Assembly: GCA_903889905.1 (NCBI GenBank) | Contig: CAISZI010000053.1 | Coordinates: forward strand, 74,599-138,598 | Reading direction: 5' to 3' | Origin: Candidatus Wirthbacteria bacterium | GTDB lineage: Bacteria; Patescibacteriota; CG2-30-54-11 | DNA: 64,000 bases | Shown: positions 29,808 to 39,535 of the stretch, one piece after another | Numbering within the stretch: the first letter of the stretch is position 1 | Layout of the letters: every line of letters starts with the position of its first letter | Program-made: the position numbers and the translations under genes | Notes under the pieces: model-generated | What the model was told of the DNA's origin: nothing | The model's database searches: none | What the model saw: only the letters and a program-made list of their open reading frames with translations

Positions 29808-31001
29808 ATGAATGTCTTGGCAGGCAAGCATATTGCACTTGGGGTGACAAGTAGTATCGCCGTTTATCGGGCTTGCGACATGGTTCGGTTGCTGCGTTCG
29901 GCTGGTGCCGAAGTCCACGTGGTGCTGACACGGCATGCGACGGAGATGATTTCACCCAAATTGTTTGCTTCCCTAAGTGGGCAAACTGTGGCGGTGGATG
30001 ATTTTGGGACGGGTGCGTCGTATAAACACCTGGACTTATCCAAAAGTGACCTGCTGCTGGTGTTGCCAGCGACCGCCAATTTTATTGGCAAGGCTGCCGG
30101 GGGCATTGCCGACGATCTGCTGAGTACCACTTACCTCGCCACCAATCCCAAACGGGTCATGATCGCACCAGCCATGAATACCCGTATGTGGGAGCATCCT
30201 GCGCTGCAACGCAACCTTAAACAGCTTGCAGCCATGGGCAGTCAGCTGCTGATGCCTGAAAACGGCAACCTGGCCTGCGGTGATGTGGGTATGGGACGGT
30301 TGATCAATCTGGGTGAGGCCATGGACGCAGTGGAATACTACTTTACGCCACATGACATGCGTGGGCTTAAGGTTTTGGTCACGGCTGGCCCGACCAAAGA
30401 AGCGATCGATCCGGTCCGGTTTATTTCCAATCATGCTTCCGGTCGCATGGGTATTGCCCTTGCCAAAAATGCCTGGTTGCGCGGTGCCGAAGTGGAACTT
30501 ATCAGCGGACCAACCGAACGCAAAGCGCCCTTGGGAGTGAAAGTAACAAAAGTAGTGACGGCAATCGACATGCACGCGGCAGTTTTGGCCAAAATTGATG
30601 TGGCAGATGTGTTTATTTCCTCTGCGGCAGTCAGTGACTTCCGGCCTGAGGCGGCCTCTGTCACCAAACTCAAGCGCGGCAAAACGAAAACCATGGAACT
30701 TAAATTGATCCTAAATCCAGATATTCTAGCGGATGTGGGTAACCGCCGCAACGCAACCCAGACAATCATCGGCTTTGCACTGGAATCCACTTTGGATACC
30801 GTGGAAGCCAAACGCAAATTAAAGGCGAAGCGTGCGGATTTAATTGTGCTGAATACGACCAAGGCGCTAGCCAGCAAACGCAATCAAGTGATACTGGTTG
30901 GCGAAGATAGCGTTGAAGACTTGCCTGAGATGTTCAAAGAACAAGTGGCCGATAGAATTCTTGATCGTATCGTTGCACTGAGAAAGGCGGGCAAACGTTG
31001 A
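29808..31001 (+). CDS. coaBC: Bifunctional phosphopantothenoylcysteine decarboxylase / phosphopantothenate-cysteine ligase
   Basis: N-terminal flavoprotein domain (HIALGVTSSIAVYRA) and C-terminal CoaB domain. Confidence 0.85.
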   Translation: MNVLAGKHIALGVTSSIAVYRACDMVRLLRSAGAEVHVVLTRHATEMISPKLFASLSGQTVAVDDFGTGASYKHLDLSKSDLLLVLPATANFIGKAAGGIADDLLSTTYLATNPKRVMIAPAMNTRMWEHPALQRNLKQLAAMGSQLLMPENGNLACGDVGMGRLINLGEAMDAVEYYFTPHDMRGLKVLVTAGPTKEAIDPVRFISNHASGRMGIALAKNAWLRGAEVELISGPTERKAPLGVKVTKVVTAIDMHAAVLAKIDVADVFISSAAVSDFRPEAASVTKLKRGKTKTMELKLILNPDILADVGNRRNATQTIIGFALESTLDTVEAKRKLKAKRADLIVLNTTKALASKRNQVILVGEDSVEDLPEMFKEQVADRILDRIVALRKAGKR

Positions 31002-31822
31002 AACGGCTGGGTATTGATTTTGGCGCGAGTGTGATGGATGTGGCTTTGGAGGATGATGGAGAGATCGTACAGACCTGGTATTTCCCGAGTGGCACGTTTG
31101 CCTGTTCGGATGCTGGTCTGAAGCTGCTGCTCGTTGAGCTGAATCTGGGCAGACTGGATGAAGTGGTTGCCACGGGTGGACGCAGTGCTTTTTTGGCGGA
31201 CGCAGTCGCTGCCACGCCGTTGCGAAAGATTGGCGAAATTACGGCAATCGCCAGCGGTATCCGTAAGCTGGCAAATTATGCAAAGCCCATGCTGGGCGTG
31301 TGCATGGGAACTGGTACGGCGATGATTTATGACGATGGCAAACAGTCAACTTTTTTGGGTGGTTCTGCGGTGGGCGGAGGAACATTACTTGGATTGGGGA
31401 AACTGCTCCTGGGCACAGAGGATTATGACAAGATAGCCGCTTTGGCCAGATTGGGTCACGCCGATCAGATTGATTTAACGATTGCTGATATTGTCGGCAG
31501 CAGCATTGGGAAACTTGCGGGTGATGTGGTCGCGTCGCATTTTGGCAAAGTATTGAAAAAAGCGGATAATGCGCGTGCGGACATTGCCGCCGGGCTTATC
31601 CATCTGATCGCGGAAACGGTTGCACTGATTGCCATGGGGCAGGCCAGACAGTTTGGTCTGGATGAAGCAATGGTGGTGGGTCGATTGAGTGAAAACAAGC
31701 AAATGCAAACCATGATCATGCGTTCCGGACGTGATCACGATTTCCGTTTTGTATTGATAGCGCAAGCAAGTCTGGCGACGGTCATTGGAGCCTTGGCAGA
31801 TAGGCATTCCAATGGTGATTAG
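30998..31822 (+). CDS. Pantothenate kinase, type II-like (acetate/sugar-kinase fold)
   Basis: LGIDFGAS phosphate-1 motif and GGSAVGGGTLLGLG motif resemble type II PanK (CoaW-like). TTG start overlaps the coaBC stop. Context is CoA biosynthesis. Confidence 0.55.
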   Translation: MKRLGIDFGASVMDVALEDDGEIVQTWYFPSGTFACSDAGLKLLLVELNLGRLDEVVATGGRSAFLADAVAATPLRKIGEITAIASGIRKLANYAKPMLGVCMGTGTAMIYDDGKQSTFLGGSAVGGGTLLGLGKLLLGTEDYDKIAALARLGHADQIDLTIADIVGSSIGKLAGDVVASHFGKVLKKADNARADIAAGLIHLIAETVALIAMGQARQFGLDEAMVVGRLSENKQMQTMIMRSGRDHDFRFVLIAQASLATVIGALADRHSNGD

Positions 31823-31830
31823 CCGCAAAT

Positions 31831-32199
31831 TTGAAGGGAGACATGGTGGTCATTTTTGTTGCACACGCGTCAGCTTTTGATTTTCAGCACGAATTGTACT
31901 TGCCTCTGCAACACACGTTCAGTATGCATGAACTGATCTTGCCGCATGTGGACAAAACTGAACCTGTAAATACCAATGCAGCGATCCGCCGTTCAGATCT
32001 GGTGTTGGCCGAAGTTACTTTTCCATCGACTGGAGTGGGAATTGAATTGGGATGGGCCAATATGCTGGACAAGCCAATCATTGCACTCTGTCGTCATGAT
32101 GCCAAGCTGTCCTCTTCACTGACGCTGATTGTCGGGCAGGTGATCCATTATCGTGACGCCAGGGATATGATCAGTCAATTACAGCAGGTAATACACTAA
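31831..32199 (+). CDS. Hypothetical protein, possibly nucleoside 2-deoxyribosyltransferase-like
   Basis: 122-aa ORF inserted between the pantothenate kinase and panB. Weak resemblance only. Confidence 0.4.
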   Translation: MKGDMVVIFVAHASAFDFQHELYLPLQHTFSMHELILPHVDKTEPVNTNAAIRRSDLVLAEVTFPSTGVGIELGWANMLDKPIIALCRHDAKLSSSLTLIVGQVIHYRDARDMISQLQQVIH

Positions 32200-32200
32200 C

Positions 32201-32977
32201 ATGGCGACTGTTTCGGACATTCAGGCCCTCAAGGGCAAACGTAAAATTGTTGCACTAACCTGTTATGATTACACCTTTGCCAAAATTTTAAATACTTTAG
32301 ACGTTGACGTCGTGTTGGTAGGGGACAGTATTGGCATGGTTTTGTTTGGGGAGAAAAATACGCACGCCGTCACGGTGCAGAAAATAGCCGCCCACACTGC
32401 GGCGGTGGCCAAAGGGTATACGCGCGGGCTGCTGGTGGCGGATATGCCACATCAGTCTTATCAGAATCCAGAGGCGGCGCTGGAAAATGCGCAAAAAATG
32501 ATCGTTGCCGGGGCCCAGGCCGTGAAATTGGAAGGTGGCCGGGAAATGTTGCCGCAAATTCAATATTTAATTGAAAATGGCATCGCCGTGGTTGGTCATC
32601 TTGGGCACTTGCCGCAAACGGCCGAGAAAATCAGGGTTCAGGGAAGGGATGAAGTGGGATTCATGCAGCTCAAGGCTGACGCTTTGGCATTAGCAAAGAC
32701 CGGGGTGAGCATGATTGTCCTGGAGCTTATGCCCACCGCTTTGGCGGGTGGAATTTCCCGGTCACTTTCGATACCGACCATCGGCATTGGCGCGGGAGTA
32801 GAAACTGACGGGCAGATTCTGGTTCTGCAGGATATGCTGGGACTTTATGATGATTTTTCCCCAAAATTTCTCAAAAGATTCGGAAATTTAAAAAAAGAGG
32901 TTGAAAACTCGGTAAAATCCTATATAACTGAGGTGACAGAAAAAATATACCCGGACGCGGACCACAGTTATTCCTAA
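32201..32977 (+). CDS. panB: 3-methyl-2-oxobutanoate hydroxymethyltransferase
   Basis: KIVALTCYDYTFAKIL...VGDSIGMV PanB signature. Confidence 0.9.
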   Translation: MATVSDIQALKGKRKIVALTCYDYTFAKILNTLDVDVVLVGDSIGMVLFGEKNTHAVTVQKIAAHTAAVAKGYTRGLLVADMPHQSYQNPEAALENAQKMIVAGAQAVKLEGGREMLPQIQYLIENGIAVVGHLGHLPQTAEKIRVQGRDEVGFMQLKADALALAKTGVSMIVLELMPTALAGGISRSLSIPTIGIGAGVETDGQILVLQDMLGLYDDFSPKFLKRFGNLKKEVENSVKSYITEVTEKIYPDADHSYS

Positions 32978-32989
32978 CCTGGAGGCGAT

Positions 32990-33841
32990 ATGCTGGTAAT
33001 TGGCGAAGCTACGCAGCTGCGGGAAATGATTAGTTATTGGCGCAAAGAAGGTGACAGTATCGGATTGGTGCCGACCATGGGTTTTCTGCATGAAGGCCAC
33101 CTCAGCCTCGTCAGTGCAGCCCGCAAACAAAACAAAAAAGTCATCGTCAGCATCTTTGTTAACCCACTACAATTCGGGCCTAATGAAGATTTTGACACCT
33201 ATCCCCGCAATGCCGAACGTGATGTTGAGCTACTGGACAAGGCTGGCTGTGATGTAATTTTTATGCCAGACGCCAGGACGTTTTATGGAAATTCATTTCA
33301 ATCGCACGTGGAAGTAGAAAATTTATCCAAAATTTTAATTGGTGAGTTCCGGCCTGGACATTTTCGCGGCGTCACCACGGTTTGTGCCAAATTATTCAAT
33401 ATCGTCATGCCGGATCGGGTGTATTTTGGCCAAAAAGATTTTCAGCAGGTCGCGGTGATCAGGCAGATGGTGCATGATTTGAACTTTCCGCTGGAAATCA
33501 ACATGCTGCCGATCGTACGTGAGCCTTCGGGACTGGCCATGAGTTCGCGGAATGCACTGCTCACTTCTGAACAAAAACAGCAAGCAACGGCACTTTCGGC
33601 TGCGGTGAAAACTGGCAACGAAACGTTTGAGAATGGCGTGCATGATGCACGACTGATCGAAGCGGCTGCGCGTAAGGTGATCGAACAACATGCGCCTGGT
33701 TTTACCATCGCCTATGTCGTGGTGGTGGATGCCAAAACGCTTTCACTGGTTTTGGACAAAGCCAAAGACAGCGATGTGCTGCTGGTGGAAGCCTATGCTG
33801 ACAAGGTTCGCTTGTATGACAATATTGTGCTGTCCAATTAG
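32990..33841 (+). CDS. panC: Pantoate-beta-alanine ligase
   Basis: VPTMGFLHEGHLSLV HIGH-like motif of PanC. Confidence 0.9.
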   Translation: MLVIGEATQLREMISYWRKEGDSIGLVPTMGFLHEGHLSLVSAARKQNKKVIVSIFVNPLQFGPNEDFDTYPRNAERDVELLDKAGCDVIFMPDARTFYGNSFQSHVEVENLSKILIGEFRPGHFRGVTTVCAKLFNIVMPDRVYFGQKDFQQVAVIRQMVHDLNFPLEINMLPIVREPSGLAMSSRNALLTSEQKQQATALSAAVKTGNETFENGVHDARLIEAAARKVIEQHAPGFTIAYVVVVDAKTLSLVLDKAKDSDVLLVEAYADKVRLYDNIVLSN

Positions 33842-34476
33842 TCGTCCGTGAAGTTGATTTCACGCAGCTGTTGCAAATGCACGGTTGAGATTTCACCTTG
33901 CCGCAGCAGCGTAAACGGCGTTGTGGTGAGATCAATGACGGTAGAGGCTGTGCCAGATCCCAGTTTGTGATCAATGGCCAGGTCAACTTGTTCCAGGAAT
34001 TCAGGATCGATCTGGTTGTATGATTGGGGTGGCTCAGCACCTTTGAAGTTGGCGCTGCTGGCGACAACGGGATTCTTGTTGAGTTCGATCAGTTGCAGGG
34101 TGAGGGCGTGGTTGGGCAGCCGAATACCGATCTTGGGTCTGTCGCCACAGATCAGGTCTAGCCCGATATTGTATTGGCTGTCTTGTCGGCGATGCAATAG
34201 GATCGTCAGCGCGCCGGGCCAGAACTTGAGCAGGATTTTTTCGGCTTCGGGGGATAATTTTTGGTCCGACAGGTATTGAATCTGGTCAATCGAGGAAATC
34301 AGCACGGCGGTTGGCATGTCATCGGAGCGACGCTTGACTTCATACAGCTTGCGAATCGCAAAAGGTGAGGCCAGTGACGCACCAATGCCATAGACAGTGT
34401 CGGTAGGGAAAACCACCACGCCATTGTTTTGTAAGTGATAGGCGCCGTTTAAAGCTAATGCTTTGAGTGTGCTCAT
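33838..34476 (-). CDS. tsaC: L-threonylcarbamoyladenylate synthase (YrdC/Sua5 family)
   Basis: VVFPTDTVYGIGA signature. Confidence 0.85.
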   Translation of the reverse strand: MSTLKALALNGAYHLQNNGVVVFPTDTVYGIGASLASPFAIRKLYEVKRRSDDMPTAVLISSIDQIQYLSDQKLSPEAEKILLKFWPGALTILLHRRQDSQYNIGLDLICGDRPKIGIRLPNHALTLQLIELNKNPVVASSANFKGAEPPQSYNQIDPEFLEQVDLAIDHKLGSGTASTVIDLTTTPFTLLRQGEISTVHLQQLREINFTDD

Positions 34477-34488
34477 ATTGGTTCTTTT

Positions 34489-35511
34489 TTAGGCGTGAAC
34501 AACCACAATGCCGGGGTTGGAGAGCAGCATGGGAAATTCGATATTGCTGCTGGGCATGTACTGCAGGATGATGGTGCGCAGTTTTTCGAGTTGATAGGGG
34601 GCAACTTCCATGATCATGGCGCCGCCTTTGAGCAGATATTGCGGGGTTTGGGCCAGCAGCTTGCGATACGCGTCCAGTCCGTCTGCGCCAGCGGTGAAGC
34701 AGCGTTTGGGTTCAAAGGCAGTGATTTCAGGTTCCAGTTTGTCATAGACACTGTCGGGAATGTAGGGCAAATTGGCGACAATAATGTTAACCGGGTAAGG
34801 CATGGGTGAAAGCAGGTCGCCGTGCAGAAAAGCCACGTGTTGATCAAGTTTGAGCAGTCTGGCGTTAATCTTGGCAATTTCCAGCGCTTCTGTGGCCAGA
34901 TCCGTGGCATAGATTTTAATGTAATTGGCGTTTTTGGCAATGGCCAGAGCGATGTTGCCGCAACCCGTGCCAACGTCGACAAGCGCACAACTTTTATCGA
35001 CATTTTGCCCTTGTTTGATCGTCTGAATGGCGAGATCAACGATGGTTTCGGTTTCTGGTCGAGGGATCATAACGCGATTGTCCACCATAAAACTCATGCC
35101 GTAGAATTCCTTGTTACCGGCAATGTATGCCAGGGGTTCGCGTTTCATGCGGCGAGCCAGCAGGATTTGGAATTTGGTGTAGTCGGCTTCGGTAATTTTT
35201 TCGGTCCACTTTTTGACCAGTTGTTCTTTGGTGAGGCCAAGGCAGGACATGAGCAGCACTTCGGCGTCAAGGCGCGAGGTCTTGATACCAGCCTGGGCGA
35301 GCAGGATGGCGCTTTGGGCAACGACATTGGCCATCACCATCTGGCCAAGGTTGGTGACCTGTTTGATTTTGTCGTCCAGGTGATTTTCTTCCTGTGCTTT
35401 TTCGATCAGTGTCCAGTGGCCTTGGTCGTCTCTAACCAGTTCGGGTTTGGGAGCATTGTTTTGTTTTTGTTTGGGATCTGCTTCGGTGCGGATCTCGTTG
35501 ATGAAACTCAT
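34489..35511 (-). CDS. prmC: Release-factor glutamine N5-methyltransferase (HemK) with N-terminal extension
   Basis: IVANLPYIP (NPPY) motif and DVGTGCGNIA SAM-binding motif. Adjacent to prfA. Confidence 0.85.
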   Translation of the reverse strand: MSFINEIRTEADPKQKQNNAPKPELVRDDQGHWTLIEKAQEENHLDDKIKQVTNLGQMVMANVVAQSAILLAQAGIKTSRLDAEVLLMSCLGLTKEQLVKKWTEKITEADYTKFQILLARRMKREPLAYIAGNKEFYGMSFMVDNRVMIPRPETETIVDLAIQTIKQGQNVDKSCALVDVGTGCGNIALAIAKNANYIKIYATDLATEALEIAKINARLLKLDQHVAFLHGDLLSPMPYPVNIIVANLPYIPDSVYDKLEPEITAFEPKRCFTAGADGLDAYRKLLAQTPQYLLKGGAMIMEVAPYQLEKLRTIILQYMPSSNIEFPMLLSNPGIVVVHA

Positions 35512-36596
35512 TTGTTGCCTCCTGACTGACTGAGTAATTCGGTCTGTTCCGCCACAATCAAGGGGTCGATGACACGGTCAAGGTTACCGGAGAGAAAATC
35601 CGGCATATTGGAAACGCTGAGGTGGATGCGATGGTCGGTAATCCTGTCCTGGGGAAAATTGTAGGTGCGGATTTTTTCACTACGGTCACCGGAACCAACC
35701 AGGCTATGGCGTTCGGAGCTGCGTTCCTGCTGCATTTTTTGTTGTTCCAGATCATAGAGTCTGGAGCGCAGGATACTCAGTGCTTTGGCTTTGTTTTTGA
35801 GCTGGGACCGTTCGTCCTGGCAGTTGACCACCAGTCCGGTGGGGATATGCGTCATACGTACAGCTGAGTCAGTGGTGTTGACGCCCTGTCCGCCATGGCC
35901 GCCAGCGCGGAAAACGTCGATTTTGAGGTCACCGGGATCAATGTGCAGGTCCAGTTCTTCGGCTTCGGGCATGACCAGTACAGTAGCCGTGGAAGTGTGA
36001 ATGCGACCGCTGGATTCAGTTACAGGCACGCGTTGGACGCGGTGCACGCCACTTTCGTATTTGAGCCGGCTGAACGCGCCCTGGCCATAAATGGCCACGA
36101 CTGCTTCCTTGATTCCACCCACACCATTTTCGCTTTGGGAGAGGATTTCGGAGCGCCAGACGCGGATATCGGCGTATTTCATGTAAGCGCGCATCAATTC
36201 CATGGCAAAGAGCCCGGCTTCGTCGCCGCCGGTGCCTGCCCGGACTTCGATGATCACGTTTTTGTCGTTGCGTACGTCTTTGGGCAGGAGCATGACTTTG
36301 AGCTCTTCTTCCAGCTGGAGCTGTTTGGCTTTGAGTTCTTCGAGTTCGGTTTTGGCCATGGCCTGCAATTCGGTGTCGGATTCAGTGTTGATCACGTCGA
36401 GCGCGCCTTCGATGTCGCTCAGGACGCGTTTGTAATAGGTAATTTTTTCGGCCATGGGGCGCAGGTCCGAGAGTTCGCTGCCGAGTTTTTGGATTTTGCC
36501 AATGTCGCCCATGGTTGAGGGTTCAGCGAGTTCGAGCTGGACGTCGTTGTAGCGGGTCAGGATGGTTTGCAGTTTGTCGAACATGGGGTGAATCAT
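35508..36596 (-). CDS. prfA: Peptide chain release factor 1
   Basis: GGQGVN (GGQ) motif and RVPVTE (RF1-type PxT) motif. Confidence 0.9.
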   Translation of the reverse strand: MIHPMFDKLQTILTRYNDVQLELAEPSTMGDIGKIQKLGSELSDLRPMAEKITYYKRVLSDIEGALDVINTESDTELQAMAKTELEELKAKQLQLEEELKVMLLPKDVRNDKNVIIEVRAGTGGDEAGLFAMELMRAYMKYADIRVWRSEILSQSENGVGGIKEAVVAIYGQGAFSRLKYESGVHRVQRVPVTESSGRIHTSTATVLVMPEAEELDLHIDPGDLKIDVFRAGGHGGQGVNTTDSAVRMTHIPTGLVVNCQDERSQLKNKAKALSILRSRLYDLEQQKMQQERSSERHSLVGSGDRSEKIRTYNFPQDRITDHRIHLSVSNMPDFLSGNLDRVIDPLIVAEQTELLSQSGGNK

Positions 36597-36671
36597 TAAT
36601 AAGTTGAAACAAGCATAAGTGGAAGGTTGTAGTTCGTCAATCGTTTGCGGCGCTAGAGCGATGTTTTGTAT

Positions 36672-36712
36672 AAAAAAACTGCCCTCCTATAGAGTCAGGA
36701 GAAGCAGTTTTT
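36672..36712 (-). terminator. Bidirectional rho-independent terminator downstream of rpmE
   Basis: aaaaaactgc-cctcct...aggag-gcagttttt. A-run and T-run flank a GC-rich hairpin. Confidence 0.7.
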
Positions 36713-36733
36713 AATGAATTCAAGAGGAGTCCG

Positions 36734-37132
36734 CTAGGCTTGCGGTGGAGCATCGCTAACTTCGGCGACGTCTTTGATAACGACTTTTTTGGGGCCTTTT
36801 TTGATGGCGTCAGCCTGCAGTTGTTCCTTGATGCGTTTGAGCAGCTCTTCGCTGGATTCTTCTTTGTGCTCTTCCTTGGCGGCGGTCACTTTTTTGACCA
36901 CTTTTTTGGGGGATTTCTCAGCGATTTTTTTGGCAGAGTCGATTTTCTTCTGGAAACGGTCTACCTGGCCGGCGGTATCCACGAGAACTTGTTTGCCCGT
37001 GAAAAAAGGATGGCATTTGTTACAAAGTTCGGTATGGATCTCGGGTTGCGTGCCCATGGTGATGACGGTATTGCCGCAGGAACCACAGACGATTTTGGTT
37101 TCCATGTATTTGGGATGAATGTCTTTCTTCAT
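36734..37132 (-). CDS. rpmE: 50S ribosomal protein L31 with ~60-aa Lys/Glu-rich C-terminal extension
   Basis: N-terminal MKKDIHPKY...CGSCGN...CNKCHPFFTGKQ is canonical L31 (Zn-ribbon form). Total 132 aa. Confidence 0.85.
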   Translation of the reverse strand: MKKDIHPKYMETKIVCGSCGNTVITMGTQPEIHTELCNKCHPFFTGKQVLVDTAGQVDRFQKKIDSAKKIAEKSPKKVVKKVTAAKEEHKEESSEELLKRIKEQLQADAIKKGPKKVVIKDVAEVSDAPPQA

Positions 37133-37343
37133 GTTATTCTCGGGCTTAATTTAGGACAAGCGGAGAGATTATAGCACAAGGGTTTGGGGAAAAGCTAGAA
37201 GATTTGAGGTGTTGCCATAAGGTGTTTTTGGTAGGGGATCTCCTTTTCCTTAATAATTAAGCAAAAAGTGGTATAATAATTAACTAATCAATAGTCAGTA
37301 GTCAGTCAAAACAGTAAAACTTAAATATATTGGAGGTAAAAGA

Positions 37344-38474
37344 ATGGGTTTCATGGACAAATTGACAGGTATTGCTGAAAGAATTGATGATACGTTAAAC
37401 GGAGGGTTGAATAAACTTGAGAGCGCTGTCGAGGAGCTTAATGCTGTTGTCGATGTCGTTGCAACGGCAGCTGAAGAGCGTATTAATAAAGTTCGCAAGA
37501 AAGTCCGCATACTAACCCGGGGCGAAAGGGAAATGAAGGAGCATCGTGCTGAAATCGAGGCCAAAATGTCTGCAATTTCAATAGCACAAGGTCAAAAAGG
37601 ACTGTATACCAGTGAAATTGCAACCATTGTGCAGCAATCGACTGATCTGGCCATAAGCCAGTTGGGAAGGTTTAATGCTCTGCAGGCAAACAGCACAGAG
37701 CAACTGGATGAGCTTTATGACGAGATAGTAAGGAATGTAACTGAATACGTGGTTCCGCCCGAGGTAAGACTCCGCCAACACGGAGCGGTGATGAGAGATA
37801 CAGTTGCTGCAATGGCTCAGCAAACCAAAGGTCAAAGGCTAGCTACCCGTGGAGATCAGGAGTCTGCTCGTAAAGCAGATGCCTATAAACAAGGAACAAT
37901 TGATTGGCAAAATGATGCCCGTGCTGCGGTGGAAAATTCTGAGTTTGTTATGGCTTTTTGGCAACAAGCCAAGCGCGAATTGATACGTGATCCTTTGATG
38001 AGCAAGACAATTAGCCAATTAAGGCAATCACATCCTGATTATAACCCCGAGAGCAATGCTTTGATGACAGCTGCCATGACAGCCGCAGCCAGTATCGAGT
38101 TCAACGTAACTGCCAATGAAGATCAGGTGAACATTCGTGCTAATTATAAATCGGGAGAATATTATCGGGAGATACTGTGGAAGCAGTTTGAAATCAAACT
38201 GCAAGAAGATGTGCAACGTGAGCGTGTTCGACGGATTGGAGAAAGTGGAGTGCCTGCTGCGCTTGTGCAGTATGCGATTGATGCTGCTGCGGCCAGAGAA
38301 ATCTATTCCCAATTTAATACCCAATCAAAAGCGCTTTGGAATCGGTTTGTTGATTTTTCTAGGGATCAAAATTTGCCAGTAGCGCAGCGTCCATATGCTC
38401 TTGAAATGTACGATTTAAACTTGACGAATGCCACCAGAGCCGATGCCATGCGATGGATTCTAAACAATCAATAA
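37344..38474 (+). CDS. Hypothetical coiled-coil protein
   Basis: 376-aa ORF. Heptad-like charged sequence. No motif recognised. Confidence 0.55.
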   Translation: MGFMDKLTGIAERIDDTLNGGLNKLESAVEELNAVVDVVATAAEERINKVRKKVRILTRGEREMKEHRAEIEAKMSAISIAQGQKGLYTSEIATIVQQSTDLAISQLGRFNALQANSTEQLDELYDEIVRNVTEYVVPPEVRLRQHGAVMRDTVAAMAQQTKGQRLATRGDQESARKADAYKQGTIDWQNDARAAVENSEFVMAFWQQAKRELIRDPLMSKTISQLRQSHPDYNPESNALMTAAMTAAASIEFNVTANEDQVNIRANYKSGEYYREILWKQFEIKLQEDVQRERVRRIGESGVPAALVQYAIDAAAAREIYSQFNTQSKALWNRFVDFSRDQNLPVAQRPYALEMYDLNLTNATRADAMRWILNNQ

Positions 38475-38543
38475 TGACGGTATGCTGGGAGCTGGACAGC
38501 TTGATGTATAGTAGATAAGTCTCGCTCCTAAGATGAAATATTC

Positions 38544-39509
38544 ATGCAGAATTTTTGGTCACTGTTAACTAAACCATTTTCAATACTTGCCCCGGTTGAT
38601 GGCTACACCGACCCTGCTTACCGTGCGCTGGTGGCTGAAATTGCCAAGCCCGATGTCCTGGTCACGGAGTTTGTCTCGGCCGATGGACTTTGTTCCGTGG
38701 GCAAAGAGCATTTGTTGCAAATTTTGCGCTTCACTGAAGCTGAACGGCCGATCGTCGCGCAGTTGTTTGGTGCGCATCCAGACAATATGGAGCGCGCGGC
38801 GGCATTGGTGGCGGAACTGGGGTTTGACGGCATTGATCTCAACATGGGCTGTCCTGAGCGGATCATCGTGACCCAGGGTGCGGGCGCGGATTTAATCCGT
38901 CAGCCAGGGCTTGCGGTCAAGCTGATCAAGGCAACGATCCGCGGCGCTGCAGGACTTCCGGTTAGCGTCAAGACGCGTATTGGTTTCGGCCAGAATGAAG
39001 TCAGCACCTGGATTCCGTCATTGCTGGAGACTGGGATAACTGCCCTGACTTTGCATGGTCGCACGCGAACGGCCATGTACAGCGGCACGGCAGATTGGAA
39101 TGCGATTGCGGAGGCTGCCAAGCTTGCGCGTGAGGCGGGAGTGTTGGTTATTGGCAACGGCGACGTCAGCAGTCTTGAGGATGGCCGAGTCAGAGCAAGA
39201 CAGTATGGTACGGATGGGTTTATGGTTGCACGCGGGGCATTGGGGAATCCGTATTGCTTTGCTGAAGCTTTTGCTTCAACGCAACCTGACCTTGGGCTTA
39301 AGCTCAAGGCTATGACGCGCCACCTGGAACTGTTTGCAAGGCACCTTGCCGACGCCCGTAGCTTTGTCACCATGCGTAAGCATTTTGTGTATTATCTGCG
39401 CGGGTATGACAATACCAAGGATTTGAAGATGGCGCTGATGCTGGCGACAACCGCTGCCGACGTTGAGCGGCTGGTGCAGGATTTTGCGAAGCATAGAGGA
39501 ATTTGGTAA
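38544..39509 (+). CDS. dus: tRNA-dihydrouridine synthase
   Basis: DLNMGCP catalytic cysteine motif and FMN-binding TIM-barrel pattern. Confidence 0.85.
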   Translation: MQNFWSLLTKPFSILAPVDGYTDPAYRALVAEIAKPDVLVTEFVSADGLCSVGKEHLLQILRFTEAERPIVAQLFGAHPDNMERAAALVAELGFDGIDLNMGCPERIIVTQGAGADLIRQPGLAVKLIKATIRGAAGLPVSVKTRIGFGQNEVSTWIPSLLETGITALTLHGRTRTAMYSGTADWNAIAEAAKLAREAGVLVIGNGDVSSLEDGRVRARQYGTDGFMVARGALGNPYCFAEAFASTQPDLGLKLKAMTRHLELFARHLADARSFVTMRKHFVYYLRGYDNTKDLKMALMLATTAADVERLVQDFAKHRGIW

Positions 39510-39535
39510 GGTGGGCACATATAGGGGAGAAGATC

